Assembly (NCBI GenBank): GCA_963820065.1
Contig: CAWFYM010000001.1
Coordinates: forward strand, 168,767-232,766
DNA: 64,000 nt
Reading direction: 5' to 3'
Origin: an uncultured Actinomycetota bacterium
GTDB taxonomy: Bacteria > Actinomycetota > Actinomycetes > DATJPE01
Position 1 is the first letter of the stretch, and every line of letters starts with the position of its first letter. Position numbers and translations under genes: made by a program. Under the pieces are notes generated by a model. It worked only from the letters and a program-made list of their open reading frames with translations. It searched no databases and was not told the DNA's origin. Below, piece after piece: positions 41,286 to 50,113 of this stretch.

Positions 41286-42222
41286 TCAGGCGGGGATGGG
41301 GGCACCGGCGCCGAGCCGGGCGTGGGCCACCGCGATACGGGCGGCCACCGCTGCGTTGCCGAGGATGATCGCGATGTTGGCCTCGAGGCTCGCGCCGGCG
41401 GTCTCGCGGTGGAAGTAGTCCAACAGGAACGGCGTGACCTCCTTGCCGCGGATGCCTTTGGCGGCAGCGGCCGCGAGCCCACCCTGCAGCACACGGTCGT
41501 GCAGGTCAGGGTCCAGGGCGTCCATGGCCGGCAACGGGTTTGCGACGACCAGACCGGCCGGCACCCCGAGCTCGTCGCGCACCTGCATGATCTCGGCGAC
41601 CTCCTCCGGTGCGTCGACCCGCCAGTCGAGGCTGTGCCCCGAGTCGCTGAGGTAGAAGCCGGGGAACTGGTCGGTGCCGTACCCGACGACGCCGACGTTG
41701 AGGGTTTCCAGCCGTTCGAGCGTCGCTGCGACGTCAAGGATCGACTTCACCCCGCTGCAGACGACGGTCATTGGGCAGCCGCTCAACGTGGTGAGGTCGG
41801 CCGACTCGTCCCACGAGTCGCGGGCTTCGCGGTGCACGCCGCCGATCCCCCCCGTCGCGAAGACGGTGATGCCGGCCAAACGGGCGATCAGGCTGGTGCT
41901 GGCCACCGTGGTGGCTCCCATGCCGCCGCGGGCGGCGACGGTGGCCAGGTCGCGCACGGAGACCTTGGCGACGTCGTCGCGCATGGCCAGGGCGTCCAGC
42001 TGGGGTGCATCGAGGCCCACGCAGACGCGTCCACCAACGATGCCGATGGTGGCGGGCACCGCCCCTTCGCTGCGGACGGTTTCTTCGATCCGGGTGGCGA
42101 TCTCGAGGTTCGCTGGACGCGGGCAGCCCGTGGCTGATGATCGTCGACTCGAGGGCCACGACCGGCCGGCCGGCCGCGAGCGCGGCGGCGACCTCCGGAT
42201 GGACGCTCAGCAAAGGCTTCAT
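41286..42222 (-). pseudogene. psuG: pseudouridine-5'-phosphate glycosidase (psuG) with a single-nt frameshift around 42118-42126 (or a sequencing error)
   Basis: ATG at 42222 gives MKPLLSVHPEVAAALAAGRPVVALESTIISHGLP, then nonsense (ASSEPRD...). The +1 frame continues RPANLEIATRIEETVRSEGAVPATIGIVGG..., the conserved PsuG sequence, through to the stop at 41286. There is one extra nucleotide in CTGCCCGCGTCC. Confidence 0.8.
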
Positions 42223-42303
42223 GACGCCACGCTATCCCGGGGCCGCCACGGCGCTAGCGTTCCTCTCGTGACCCGCGACCAGGCTGTCGACCCGACGGTG
42301 CTC

Positions 42304-44979
42304 ATGGTCCGGGACCGGTATCCCCGGCAGTGGGAAGCCGACGTGCTGCTCCGCGACGGCAGCGCGGCTCACATCCGTCCGATCCGAGTGGACGACGCCG
42401 ACGGCCTGATCGACCTGCACAGCCGGCTGTCGGAGCAGACCATCTACTTCCGGTTCTTCGCGCCCTACCCGGTCCTGTCAGCTCGCGACGTCGAACGGTT
42501 CACGCGCGTCGACTACGACGATCGCGTGGCGCTCGTGGTGACCGTCGGCGACGAGATCGTTGGCGTCGTCCGCTACGACCGGCTGAGCCCCGGAGGGGAC
42601 GAGGCGGAAGTGGCCTTCGTGGTGCGGGACGACTACCAGGGCTACGGCCTCGGATCGGTGCTCCTCGAGCACCTGGTCGGCGCCGCGCGTGAACGCGGGG
42701 TTCGGCGCTTCGTCGCCGATGTCCTGCCGGCCAACGAGCGCATGCTTTCGGTGTTCGCGGCGGCCGGGTATGCCTCGACCAGGGAGATCGAGGACGGGGT
42801 CGTGCGGCTCGAGCTGGCTATCGAGCCGACCGCAACGTCGCTCGCGGTTACCGAGACCCGAGAGCACCGGGCGGAGGCGCGCTCGATCGAGCGGCTCCTG
42901 GCGCCCGGCTCGGTCGTCGTCGTGGGCGCCGGTCGGCAGCCGTCAGGCGTCGGTGCGACGGTGCTGCGCAACCTGGTCGAGGGTGGCTTCACGGGACGGA
43001 TCTACGCCGTCAATCCCGAGGCTCACGGCGACCTGTACGGCGTTCCGACGTACGACACCGTCGCCGAAGTCCCCGAACGGGTCGATCTCGCGGTCCTGGC
43101 CACCCCCGCCGACACCCTTCCGTCGGTCGTGGCCGACTGCGCCGCGCGGGGTGTACACGCGCTCGTGGTGCTGTCTGCGGGCTTCGCCGAGGCGGGCGAC
43201 GAAGGCCGGGAGCGCCAACGAGCCTTGGTCGACGCCGCGCACGCTGCGGGGATGCGCGTCGTCGGCCCCAACTGCCTCGGGCTGATCAACACGCACCCGG
43301 CCCTGCGGCTCAATGCCTCCCTCGCGTCGAGCATGCCGCTCGCTGGTCGGATCGGCTTCTTCAGCCAGTCCGGCGCCCTGGGAATCGCGTTGCTGCAGGC
43401 GTTGCGGCAGCGCGGCCTCGGCGTCTCCACCTTCGTCTCGGCGGGCAACCGGGCCGACGTCAGCGGCAACGACCTCATGCAGTTCTGGGAGGAGGACGAG
43501 GAGACCGACATCGTCTTGCTCTACCTCGAGTCGATCGGCAATCCGCGGAAGTTCAGCCGAATCGCCCGTCGCACGTCCCGGAGCAAGCCGATCGTCGCAG
43601 TCAAGTCCGGCCGCTCGACCCAGGGGATCCCGCTCGGGCATCGGGTCCGGGCCACCGAGCTGCCGTCCACCGCCGTCGACGAGATGTTCGACCAGTGTGG
43701 TGTGATCCAGGTCGAAACCTTGTCGGAGATGTTCGATGTGGCCCTGGTGCTCAGCTATCAGCAGCTACCTGCGGGGCGCCGAGTCAGGGTCGTCAGCAAT
43801 TCCGACGCGCTTGCCGTGCTCGCCGCCGATGCGTGCGCCAGCCGGGGGTTGGAGCTGGTAAGCGGAGGGGCTCGGGGTTTGTGGCCGAGCATCCCGGTCG
43901 AAGAGTTCGGGGCGGCGCTGTCCGAGGCCGGGCAGGACGTCGAAGCGGACGCGGTGATCGTCTTGTTCGTGCCGCCCGTGGGGGATTCGGGCCAGGGATA
44001 TGCCCGAGAGATCGCCCGCGTGTCGCGCGAGACCGCCAAGCCCGTGGTCGCGACCATGCTGGCCGTCGAGGGGATCAGCGAGCTGTTGCAGAACGTGAAC
44101 CCCGATGGTGTGCCCGTGCTCGGGTCCGTGCCGACCTTTGGGTCAGTCGAGGACGCTGTGCGTGCCTTGGCTTCTGTCACCGACTATGCCGACTGGCGCC
44201 GTCGGCCGGACGGGAAGGTGCCCGAGCTCCCCGACGTCGACCGCGACCGGGCAGACTCGCTGGTGGCACGGCTGCTGCGCGACCACCCCGATGGTGTGGA
44301 TGTGGAGGGGGACGAGCTCACGGAGCTGCTGGGGTCCTACGGCATCGAGCTGCGCCCGATGATCGCTGTCCGGACCGCCGACGAGGCTGTGGCCGCGGCG
44401 GAGTCGCTCGGCTATCCGGTGGTCGTCAAGGCCGTCAGCCGTACGCTCGTGCACCGCACCGACCTTGGAGGAGTGCGGGTCGATCTGGGCACCCCGGGTG
44501 ACGTCCGCTGGGCGGTTGGAGCCATGGTCGAGCAGTTCGGCCCCTGGGTGCGCGACTCGTTGGTGGTGCAGCAGATGACCGCCCACGGGGTGTCTTGTGT
44601 GATCGGGGCCACCGAGGACGACCTGTTCGGACCGGTCGTGTCCTTCCGGTTGGGCGGCGTCGTGACCGAGCTGGTCGAGGATCGTGGCTACCGGATCCCG
44701 CCGGTCACCGACGTCGATGCCCATGAGTTGGTTCGTGCGCCGAAGGCCTCGCCCCTGCTGCTCGGGCATCGCGGAGGACCCCCGCTGGACACCGTGGAGC
44801 TGGAGAATCTGATCGTCAGGGTCGCGCAGCTGTCCGACGACCTGCCGGAGCTCGTCGAGGTGGAGCTGAACCCGGTCGTGGCCACCGCGACCGGGGCCGC
44901 CGTCCTCGGCGCCACGGCGCGGGTGGCACCAGTCCTGCTGCGGGCTGACACCAGGGCTCGGCGGTTGCCGAAGGCGTAG
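42304..44979 (+). CDS. bifunctional GNAT family N-acetyltransferase / NDP-forming acyl-CoA synthetase family protein (Pat-like protein lysine acetyltransferase)
   Basis: N-terminal GNAT domain (IRPIRVDDADGL...VRDDYQGYGLGSVLLEHLV), then a CoA-binding domain (VVVGAGRQPSGVGATVLRNL), succinyl-CoA-synthetase-like domains and a C-terminal ATP-grasp. An alternative GTG start lies at 42268. The track ORF from 41674 is a junk extension. Confidence 0.8.
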   Translation: MVRDRYPRQWEADVLLRDGSAAHIRPIRVDDADGLIDLHSRLSEQTIYFRFFAPYPVLSARDVERFTRVDYDDRVALVVTVGDEIVGVVRYDRLSPGGDEAEVAFVVRDDYQGYGLGSVLLEHLVGAARERGVRRFVADVLPANERMLSVFAAAGYASTREIEDGVVRLELAIEPTATSLAVTETREHRAEARSIERLLAPGSVVVVGAGRQPSGVGATVLRNLVEGGFTGRIYAVNPEAHGDLYGVPTYDTVAEVPERVDLAVLATPADTLPSVVADCAARGVHALVVLSAGFAEAGDEGRERQRALVDAAHAAGMRVVGPNCLGLINTHPALRLNASLASSMPLAGRIGFFSQSGALGIALLQALRQRGLGVSTFVSAGNRADVSGNDLMQFWEEDEETDIVLLYLESIGNPRKFSRIARRTSRSKPIVAVKSGRSTQGIPLGHRVRATELPSTAVDEMFDQCGVIQVETLSEMFDVALVLSYQQLPAGRRVRVVSNSDALAVLAADACASRGLELVSGGARGLWPSIPVEEFGAALSEAGQDVEADAVIVLFVPPVGDSGQGYAREIARVSRETAKPVVATMLAVEGISELLQNVNPDGVPVLGSVPTFGSVEDAVRALASVTDYADWRRRPDGKVPELPDVDRDRADSLVARLLRDHPDGVDVEGDELTELLGSYGIELRPMIAVRTADEAVAAAESLGYPVVVKAVSRTLVHRTDLGGVRVDLGTPGDVRWAVGAMVEQFGPWVRDSLVVQQMTAHGVSCVIGATEDDLFGPVVSFRLGGVVTELVEDRGYRIPPVTDVDAHELVRAPKASPLLLGHRGGPPLDTVELENLIVRVAQLSDDLPELVEVELNPVVATATGAAVLGATARVAPVLLRADTRARRLPKA

Positions 44980-45020
44980 TTGGACGATCCCGAGGCGCGA
45001 TAACCCTTCGAGAACCGTCC

Positions 45021-46340
45021 GTGCCAACGTCTACCGTCGGTCGGATGTCCGTCTTCGACAAGGCCGCCGCCGGGGGCGAGGCTCGTGCCCCGCGCCCACC
45101 GGCGTTGTCGGGGGAGGCGCGTCGGCTGCTGTTGGCGACGTTCGTCGGATCGCTGGGCACGGGTCTGGTCCTGCCCTTCCTCGTCGTCTACCTGTCCCAG
45201 GTGCGCGGAATGCCGACGCTCATCGGTGGACTGGTCATTGCTTGGACCGCGCTGCTCGGCTTCGTCCTGACGCCGGCCGGTGGTTGGCTGATCGACCGGA
45301 TCGGCCCACGAACGGTCATGCTCGTCGGTCTGGCCCTCCAGGCTGCGGCGGCCGGAGGCTGGGCGTTCGTGCGCGAGCCGTGGCAAGCCTTCTCCGTGGC
45401 CACGCTCGCGGCCTTCGGTGGAGCCGGCCTGTGGTCGGCCGCATCCACCCTGCTCTCGCGTCTGGTGGAGGAGGACCAGCGTCAGCGAGCGTTCGGGCTC
45501 AACTTCATGCTGCTCAACCTCGGCATCGGCATCGGCGGGCTCGTGTCCGGGCTCATCGTCGACGTCGACCGTCCGGTCACCTTCGAGCTGCTCTATCTCG
45601 GAGATGCGTTGTTCATCCTGCTCGGGCTCGGAGTGTTCGCGACCCTCCGAGGAGTGGGCGGTCCGGTCCGTCGGGATCCTGGTGAGGAGGGTGACGAGGG
45701 AAGCTACCGCGACGTCCTCGGCGATCGGGCGCTGCTCAGTCTGGTGCTGGTGTCGGTGGTCATGCTCACGTGCGGCTACGGAGCGATCGAGGTGGGCTTC
45801 CCGGTCTTCGCCACCACCGAGGCAGGGCTCAGCGAGCGATTCGTCGCCTTCGGCTTCGTCGGCAACACCGTGGCCATCGTGCTCGGCCAGATGGTGGTGC
45901 TCCGACTCATCCAGGGTCGGTCGAGGAGCCGCATCATCGGGCTGGTCGGTCTCGTCTGGGCCAGCGCGTGGGTGCTGCTCGGGCTCGCCGTACCGCTGTC
46001 GGGAGGCGCTGCGGCGGCTGTGGCCCTGGCGTGCCCGGCGGTCTTCGCGATTGGGGAGACGCTCTGGCAGCCGGTCGTTCCGTCGATCGTCAACGACCTG
46101 GCGCCCGACTACCTCAGGGGCCGCTACAACGCGATCGGGTCCTTGTCGTGGAACGTGGCCGGCACGCTGGGGCCGGCGATGACCGGGATCCTGCTCGGCG
46201 CCGGCCTCGCCGGGTTGTGGATCGGCGTGGTCGTCGGCGGCTGCCTGCTGGCGGGGCTCGGAGGGCTCCAGCTCCGTCGGGTGCTCACTCCTTGGCAGGA
46301 CGGGCGCGTGGCCTTGGGGGTGTCCGGGGTGGGAGGATGA
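45021..46340 (+). CDS. MFS transporter
   Basis: 12-TM protein with MFS-type loops. The start may instead be 45048 (MSVFDKAA). Confidence 0.75.
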   Translation: MPTSTVGRMSVFDKAAAGGEARAPRPPALSGEARRLLLATFVGSLGTGLVLPFLVVYLSQVRGMPTLIGGLVIAWTALLGFVLTPAGGWLIDRIGPRTVMLVGLALQAAAAGGWAFVREPWQAFSVATLAAFGGAGLWSAASTLLSRLVEEDQRQRAFGLNFMLLNLGIGIGGLVSGLIVDVDRPVTFELLYLGDALFILLGLGVFATLRGVGGPVRRDPGEEGDEGSYRDVLGDRALLSLVLVSVVMLTCGYGAIEVGFPVFATTEAGLSERFVAFGFVGNTVAIVLGQMVVLRLIQGRSRSRIIGLVGLVWASAWVLLGLAVPLSGGAAAAVALACPAVFAIGETLWQPVVPSIVNDLAPDYLRGRYNAIGSLSWNVAGTLGPAMTGILLGAGLAGLWIGVVVGGCLLAGLGGLQLRRVLTPWQDGRVALGVSGVGG

Positions 46341-46344
46341 CGCC

Positions 46345-46926
46345 GTGACCGAAACGGGGACCGCCGACCTCCGCACCGCGATCGAGCGTTCGGGCTACTA
46401 CCCCGGACTCGTGACCGAGTGCATCGATGCCGCTGTCGGGGCCGAGGCGGTGCGAGCGTTTCTCGTTCATCATGAGGCGACCTTCGATCGAGACGAGCTC
46501 CGTCGGCACGTCACCGTTCTCGCCCTCACCGACACGCGGCTCGTGGTGGGCCACACGGACGACCACCCCGCCGATGCGACCCATCCGACCGCCACGGCCG
46601 TGACGACGACAGAGGCGGTTCCCATCGGGCAGCTGAGCTCGGTGATGGTCTCCCGCACGATCAACGAGCCGGCCGGCTATCGCCCCGGTGGTCGGCCGTC
46701 CGAGGTCGTCCTGACCCTCGGCTGGGGCGCCGTCAGCAGGCTCGATCTTGAGCCCGCCACCTGCGGTGACCCGGAATGCGAGGGCGACCACGGCTACACC
46801 GGTTCGGCGACCGCCGATGACCTTTCGGTCCGGGTGAGCGAGGTCGGCGACGGGGCCGAAGGTGTGGACCAGGCACTCGCCTTCGCCGGGGCGGTCAACG
46901 CCGCTGTGGCCTCCGCCCGCCGCTGA
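46345..46926 (+). CDS. DUF5998 family protein
   Basis: GTG after GGAGGA. MTETGTADLRTAIERSGYYPGLVTECIDAAVGAEAVRAFLVHHEATFDRDELRRHV...; positioned upstream of an alkaline phosphatase family gene, as is typical for this family. Confidence 0.55.
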   Translation: MTETGTADLRTAIERSGYYPGLVTECIDAAVGAEAVRAFLVHHEATFDRDELRRHVTVLALTDTRLVVGHTDDHPADATHPTATAVTTTEAVPIGQLSSVMVSRTINEPAGYRPGGRPSEVVLTLGWGAVSRLDLEPATCGDPECEGDHGYTGSATADDLSVRVSEVGDGAEGVDQALAFAGAVNAAVASARR

Positions 46927-46937
46927 GTCGCCGTCGG

Positions 46938-48122
46938 ATGTCCGGCGAGTCCCGGTTCGCGAGCCCGGAGGGTCTCCCGGGCTCGCTCAACGCTGCCGTG
47001 GCCCCCGCGTACGGCTCCGACTCCCTCACGGACCTGTTGCCGTCCGTCGCCACCGGTTTCGGCCTCCCTGGGGCGCGCGACACCGTGGACCTGCCAGAGG
47101 CACGATCGGTCGTCCTGCTTCTGGTCGACGGCCTCGGCGCCGAGGCGCTGAGCGCTGCCGACCCGGCGTTCGCGCCGGTGCTGAGCGCGCTGGCCGAGCC
47201 GGGGCGTCGGCTCACGACCTGCTTCCCCTCGACAACCTCCACGAGCATCACCTCGCTGGCCACGGGGCTGCCTCCCGGGGCGCACGGCATCGTGGGCTAC
47301 CAGTTCCGCCTCCCTGGACACGGTCTGCTCAACACCTTGAGCTGGCCGAACGCGCTCGATCCGGCGGACGTGCAGGACCGCCCCAACCTGCTGGCTGCGC
47401 TGCTGCAGGTGGGCGTTGCGGTCAGTCATGTGGGCCCGCGGGCCTACACCTCCAGCGGTCTCACAAGGGCGGCGATGGCAGGAACGCCGTACGTCGGCGC
47501 GGACTCGCCGGGCGAAAAGGTCGCCGCAGCGATGGCTGCCCTTCGAGACGAGCGAAGGGTCCTGGTCAACGTCTACACCAGTGAGCTCGACAACACCGGG
47601 CATCTGAACGGCGTCGACTCAGACGCCTGGCGGGCCCAGCTCGGTCATGTCGATCGGCTCGTCGAGCAGCTGGTCTCGGCGTTGCCCGACGACGCGCTCC
47701 TGATCGTGACCGGCGACCATGGGATGGTCGACGCGCTGCCTCAGGCCGCCGTCGACGTCCAGGGTGACGACGAGCTTGCTCATGGTGTCTCTCTGCTCGG
47801 AGGAGAACCACGTGCGCGGCACGTCTACGCCGCACCGGGGGCCGCTTCGGACGTGCTGTCGACCTGGCGGGAACGCCTCGCCGACGTGGCGTGGGTGCTG
47901 TCCCGCGAGGAGGCCGTCGAAGCCGGCTGGTTCGGCGAGGTCCGACCCGAGATCGCCGACCGGATCGGTGACGTCGTCGCCGCTTGTCATGCCCCCGGCG
48001 CGCTGCTGCTCGCCACCCGTACGCATCCCCACGAAGCGATGCTGGTCGGTCACCACGGCTCGCTGACGCCGGCGGAGGCGTACGTCCCCCTGGTGCTGGC
48101 CACGTCGCAGGACTCCCGATGA
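46938..48122 (+). CDS. alkaline phosphatase family protein (type I phosphodiesterase/nucleotide pyrophosphatase-like)
   Basis: VVLLLVDGLGAEAL, FPSTTSTSITSLATGLPPGAHGIVGY, IVTGDHGM are metal-binding motifs of the AlkP superfamily. Confidence 0.8.
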   Translation: MSGESRFASPEGLPGSLNAAVAPAYGSDSLTDLLPSVATGFGLPGARDTVDLPEARSVVLLLVDGLGAEALSAADPAFAPVLSALAEPGRRLTTCFPSTTSTSITSLATGLPPGAHGIVGYQFRLPGHGLLNTLSWPNALDPADVQDRPNLLAALLQVGVAVSHVGPRAYTSSGLTRAAMAGTPYVGADSPGEKVAAAMAALRDERRVLVNVYTSELDNTGHLNGVDSDAWRAQLGHVDRLVEQLVSALPDDALLIVTGDHGMVDALPQAAVDVQGDDELAHGVSLLGGEPRARHVYAAPGAASDVLSTWRERLADVAWVLSREEAVEAGWFGEVRPEIADRIGDVVAACHAPGALLLATRTHPHEAMLVGHHGSLTPAEAYVPLVLATSQDSR

Positions 48123-48469
48123 GCCGGCCGCTGGAGGCGTGTCGCTCGTTCGCGCTCGGCCTGCCCGAGGCCTGGGAGGACCAGCCCTGGGAGGAATCGT
48201 TGGTGGCCAAGGTCGGCCAGAAGATCTTTGTCTTCTTCGGTCCGCCCGAGCAGCCCGGGATCTCGGTCAAGCTGCCGGACAGCGCCGACCATGCGCTGAG
48301 CCTGGCTGCGGGCGCACCGACCGGCTATGGGCTCGGCCGCCACCGCTGGGTGAGCCTCGACCTTGCCGCGCGTGACTGCCCGGACACCGAGGTCCTGTTC
48401 GACTGGGTCGAGGAGAGCTACCGCACCGTGGCGCCCAAACGCCTGGTGACCCAGCTCGACACCCCCTAA
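48119..48469 (+). CDS. MmcQ/YjbR family DNA-binding protein
   Basis: ATG overlaps the AlkP stop (ATGA). MSRPLEACRSFALGLPEAWEDQPWEESLVAKVGQKIFVFFGPP matches the family. The track ORF from 47984 is an extension. Confidence 0.7.
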   Translation: MSRPLEACRSFALGLPEAWEDQPWEESLVAKVGQKIFVFFGPPEQPGISVKLPDSADHALSLAAGAPTGYGLGRHRWVSLDLAARDCPDTEVLFDWVEESYRTVAPKRLVTQLDTP

Positions 48470-48574
48470 CCCGCCCCGCTCATGCCCCTGGGCCCCCGCC
48501 CAAACCCCTGAGCCCTCGCCCCTCTGGTGGACGTCTTGATCGCGGGACTTCGGTCTCGCGGGGAGGATGTCTTC

Positions 48575-48871
48575 ATGTCAGGTCAACGTCGCAGATTTAC
48601 TCCGGCTTATCGGCGGGAGGCGGCTCATCTGGTGATCGATACCGGGCGGCCGATCGCGGTGGTCGCTCGGGAGATCGGTTTGGGTGAGCAGTTGTTGGGT
48701 CGGTGGGTCGCGGCCGAGCGAGCGCGGATGGCTGACCCGCCGGACGTGCTCGGGGAGGACGAGCGGGCCGAGCTGGCCCGTTTGCGTCTGGAGAACACCG
48801 AGCTGCGGATGGACCGGGAGTTCCTGAAAAAAGCTGCGGCCTTCTTCGCGACCGAACCCCAGAGCCGGTAG
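48575..48871 (+). CDS. IS3 family transposase OrfA (HTH)
   Basis: MSGQRRRFTPAYRREAAHLVIDTGRPIAVVAREIGLGEQLLGRWV...LENTELRMDREFLKKAAAFF. RBS GGGGAGG. Confidence 0.85.
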   Translation: MSGQRRRFTPAYRREAAHLVIDTGRPIAVVAREIGLGEQLLGRWVAAERARMADPPDVLGEDERAELARLRLENTELRMDREFLKKAAAFFATEPQSR

Positions 48872-48882
48872 AGGCTTACGCG

Positions 48883-49761
48883 GTGATGGACGCGGAGAAG
48901 GCGGACTTCGCCCTCGACCGGATGGCTGAGCTGCTCGGGGTGTCCCGGTCGGGCTACCACGCTTGGGTTCGGCGGCTGGCCGCCGGTCCGAGCCGCGCTC
49001 AGCAGCGTCGGACCGACTTGACCGTGAAGATCGCGGCCTTCCACGCCGATTCCGATGCGGTCTATGGGTCCCCGCGGATCCTGGCCGACCTGCGCGAGGA
49101 CGGTGAGCGGGTCTCCCGCAAGACCGTCGCGAAGCTCATGCGCCAGGCGGGGATCGCCGGGATCAGCCCACGCAAGTTCACCCCGGTCACCACCCTGGCC
49201 GGCCCGGACCCGTGTCCGGTGCCCGACCTGGTCGGGCGGAAGTTCGACCGTGGTAGCCCGAACGTGGTCTGGACCAGCGACATCACCTACCTGGGCACCG
49301 ACCAGGGCTGGCTCTACCTGTGCGCGGTCCGCGACGCGTGCTCACGGCGCGTCCTGGGCTGGGCCATCGAGGACCACCTCCGCACCGACCTCGTCGAGGC
49401 TGCCCTGCGTATGGCGGTGACCTTGCGCGGTCACCTACCGGTCAAAGTGATCTTCCACGCCGACCGCGGCACCCAATACACCTCGACTCAGATCGCCGAG
49501 GTCATCAAAGACCTGCCCGTGCTGTCCTCGATGGGCCGCACCGGGGTCTGCTGGGACAACGCCCCTGCGGAGTCCTTCTGGTCCACGTTCAAAACCGAGT
49601 TCTACGACCGGCGCCACTGGGCCACGAAGGCCGAAGCCAAGCAGGCGTCAGCCCGCTGGATCGAGGAACGCTACAACCGCAAGAGACGCCACTCCTCGAT
49701 CGGCATGCTCACACCCGTACGCTTCGAAGCACTCAACCCTCAGACGGCACAAGCCGCCTGA
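48883..49761 (+). CDS. IS3 family transposase OrfB (integrase core DDE), probably expressed as an OrfAB fusion by -1 frameshift
   Basis: rve domain with DDE residues (...WTSDITYL..., ...HADRGTQYTS..., ...CWDNAPAESFWSTFKTEF). It is in the -1 frame relative to orfA and open back to the A6G run. Confidence 0.85.
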   Translation: MMDAEKADFALDRMAELLGVSRSGYHAWVRRLAAGPSRAQQRRTDLTVKIAAFHADSDAVYGSPRILADLREDGERVSRKTVAKLMRQAGIAGISPRKFTPVTTLAGPDPCPVPDLVGRKFDRGSPNVVWTSDITYLGTDQGWLYLCAVRDACSRRVLGWAIEDHLRTDLVEAALRMAVTLRGHLPVKVIFHADRGTQYTSTQIAEVIKDLPVLSSMGRTGVCWDNAPAESFWSTFKTEFYDRRHWATKAEAKQASARWIEERYNRKRRHSSIGMLTPVRFEALNPQTAQAA

Positions 49762-49775
49762 ACGCCTGTCCACCA

Positions 49776-50060
49776 GATGGGGTCAACCCCACCATCGTTC
49801 GTGATCATGCGCGGATGGCCCCTCTTGCCGCGCTCGGACCAACCTCCTAGGCCCCCGCTGGCCGCTGATCATGCGCGGATGGCCCCGCTTGCCCCTCGCC
49901 GCCACCGCCCGCCCGACCCGCCCCTCGGCGGCTAGGGGCCATCTGCGCATGATCACGAAGAGGGTGTGGGGTGTCCGATGGGGTGTGGGGTGTGGGGGTG
50001 TGGGGTGAGTTGGGGCTTTGGGAGTCGCGGGGGGTGGGCGTGCGACGATGTCGCGGCCGT
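49776..50060. repeat. Composite palindromic repeat element, copy B (right part; left C-rich arm at about 48468-48524 is separated from it by the IS3 element)
   Basis: Forward cores GTGATCATGCGCGGATGGCCCCT (49801-49823) and GCTGATCATGCGCGGATGGCCCC (about 49864-49886); inverted core AGGGGCCATCTGCGCATGATCAC (about 49934-49956); then G-rich GGGGTGT repeats at 49962-50040. Confidence 0.8.
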
Positions 50061-50113
50061 GCAGGCGTAGGGCGGCGGCCGGGCGCGGCCGAGTGAGAGG
50101 AGCCGGAGGAGCC

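Larger units (their letters stand above)
48525..49775 (+). mobile_element. IS3-family insertion sequence (about 1.25 kb) with imperfect terminal inverted repeats TGGTGGAC... / ...GTCCACCA
   Basis: orfA and orfB are in 0 and -1 frames with an A6G slippery run at 48827-48833. Left end TGGTGGACGTCTTGATCG (48525-) matches right end CCTGAACGCCTGTCCACCA (-49775) over the outer 8 bp. The size is typical for IS3. Confidence 0.8.

Noticed and set aside
41674-42303. 5' extension of the Pat-like ORF to 1101 aa
   Set aside because: The extension runs antisense across psuG and is compositionally junk. The GNAT domain begins just after 42304 (alternative GTG 42268).
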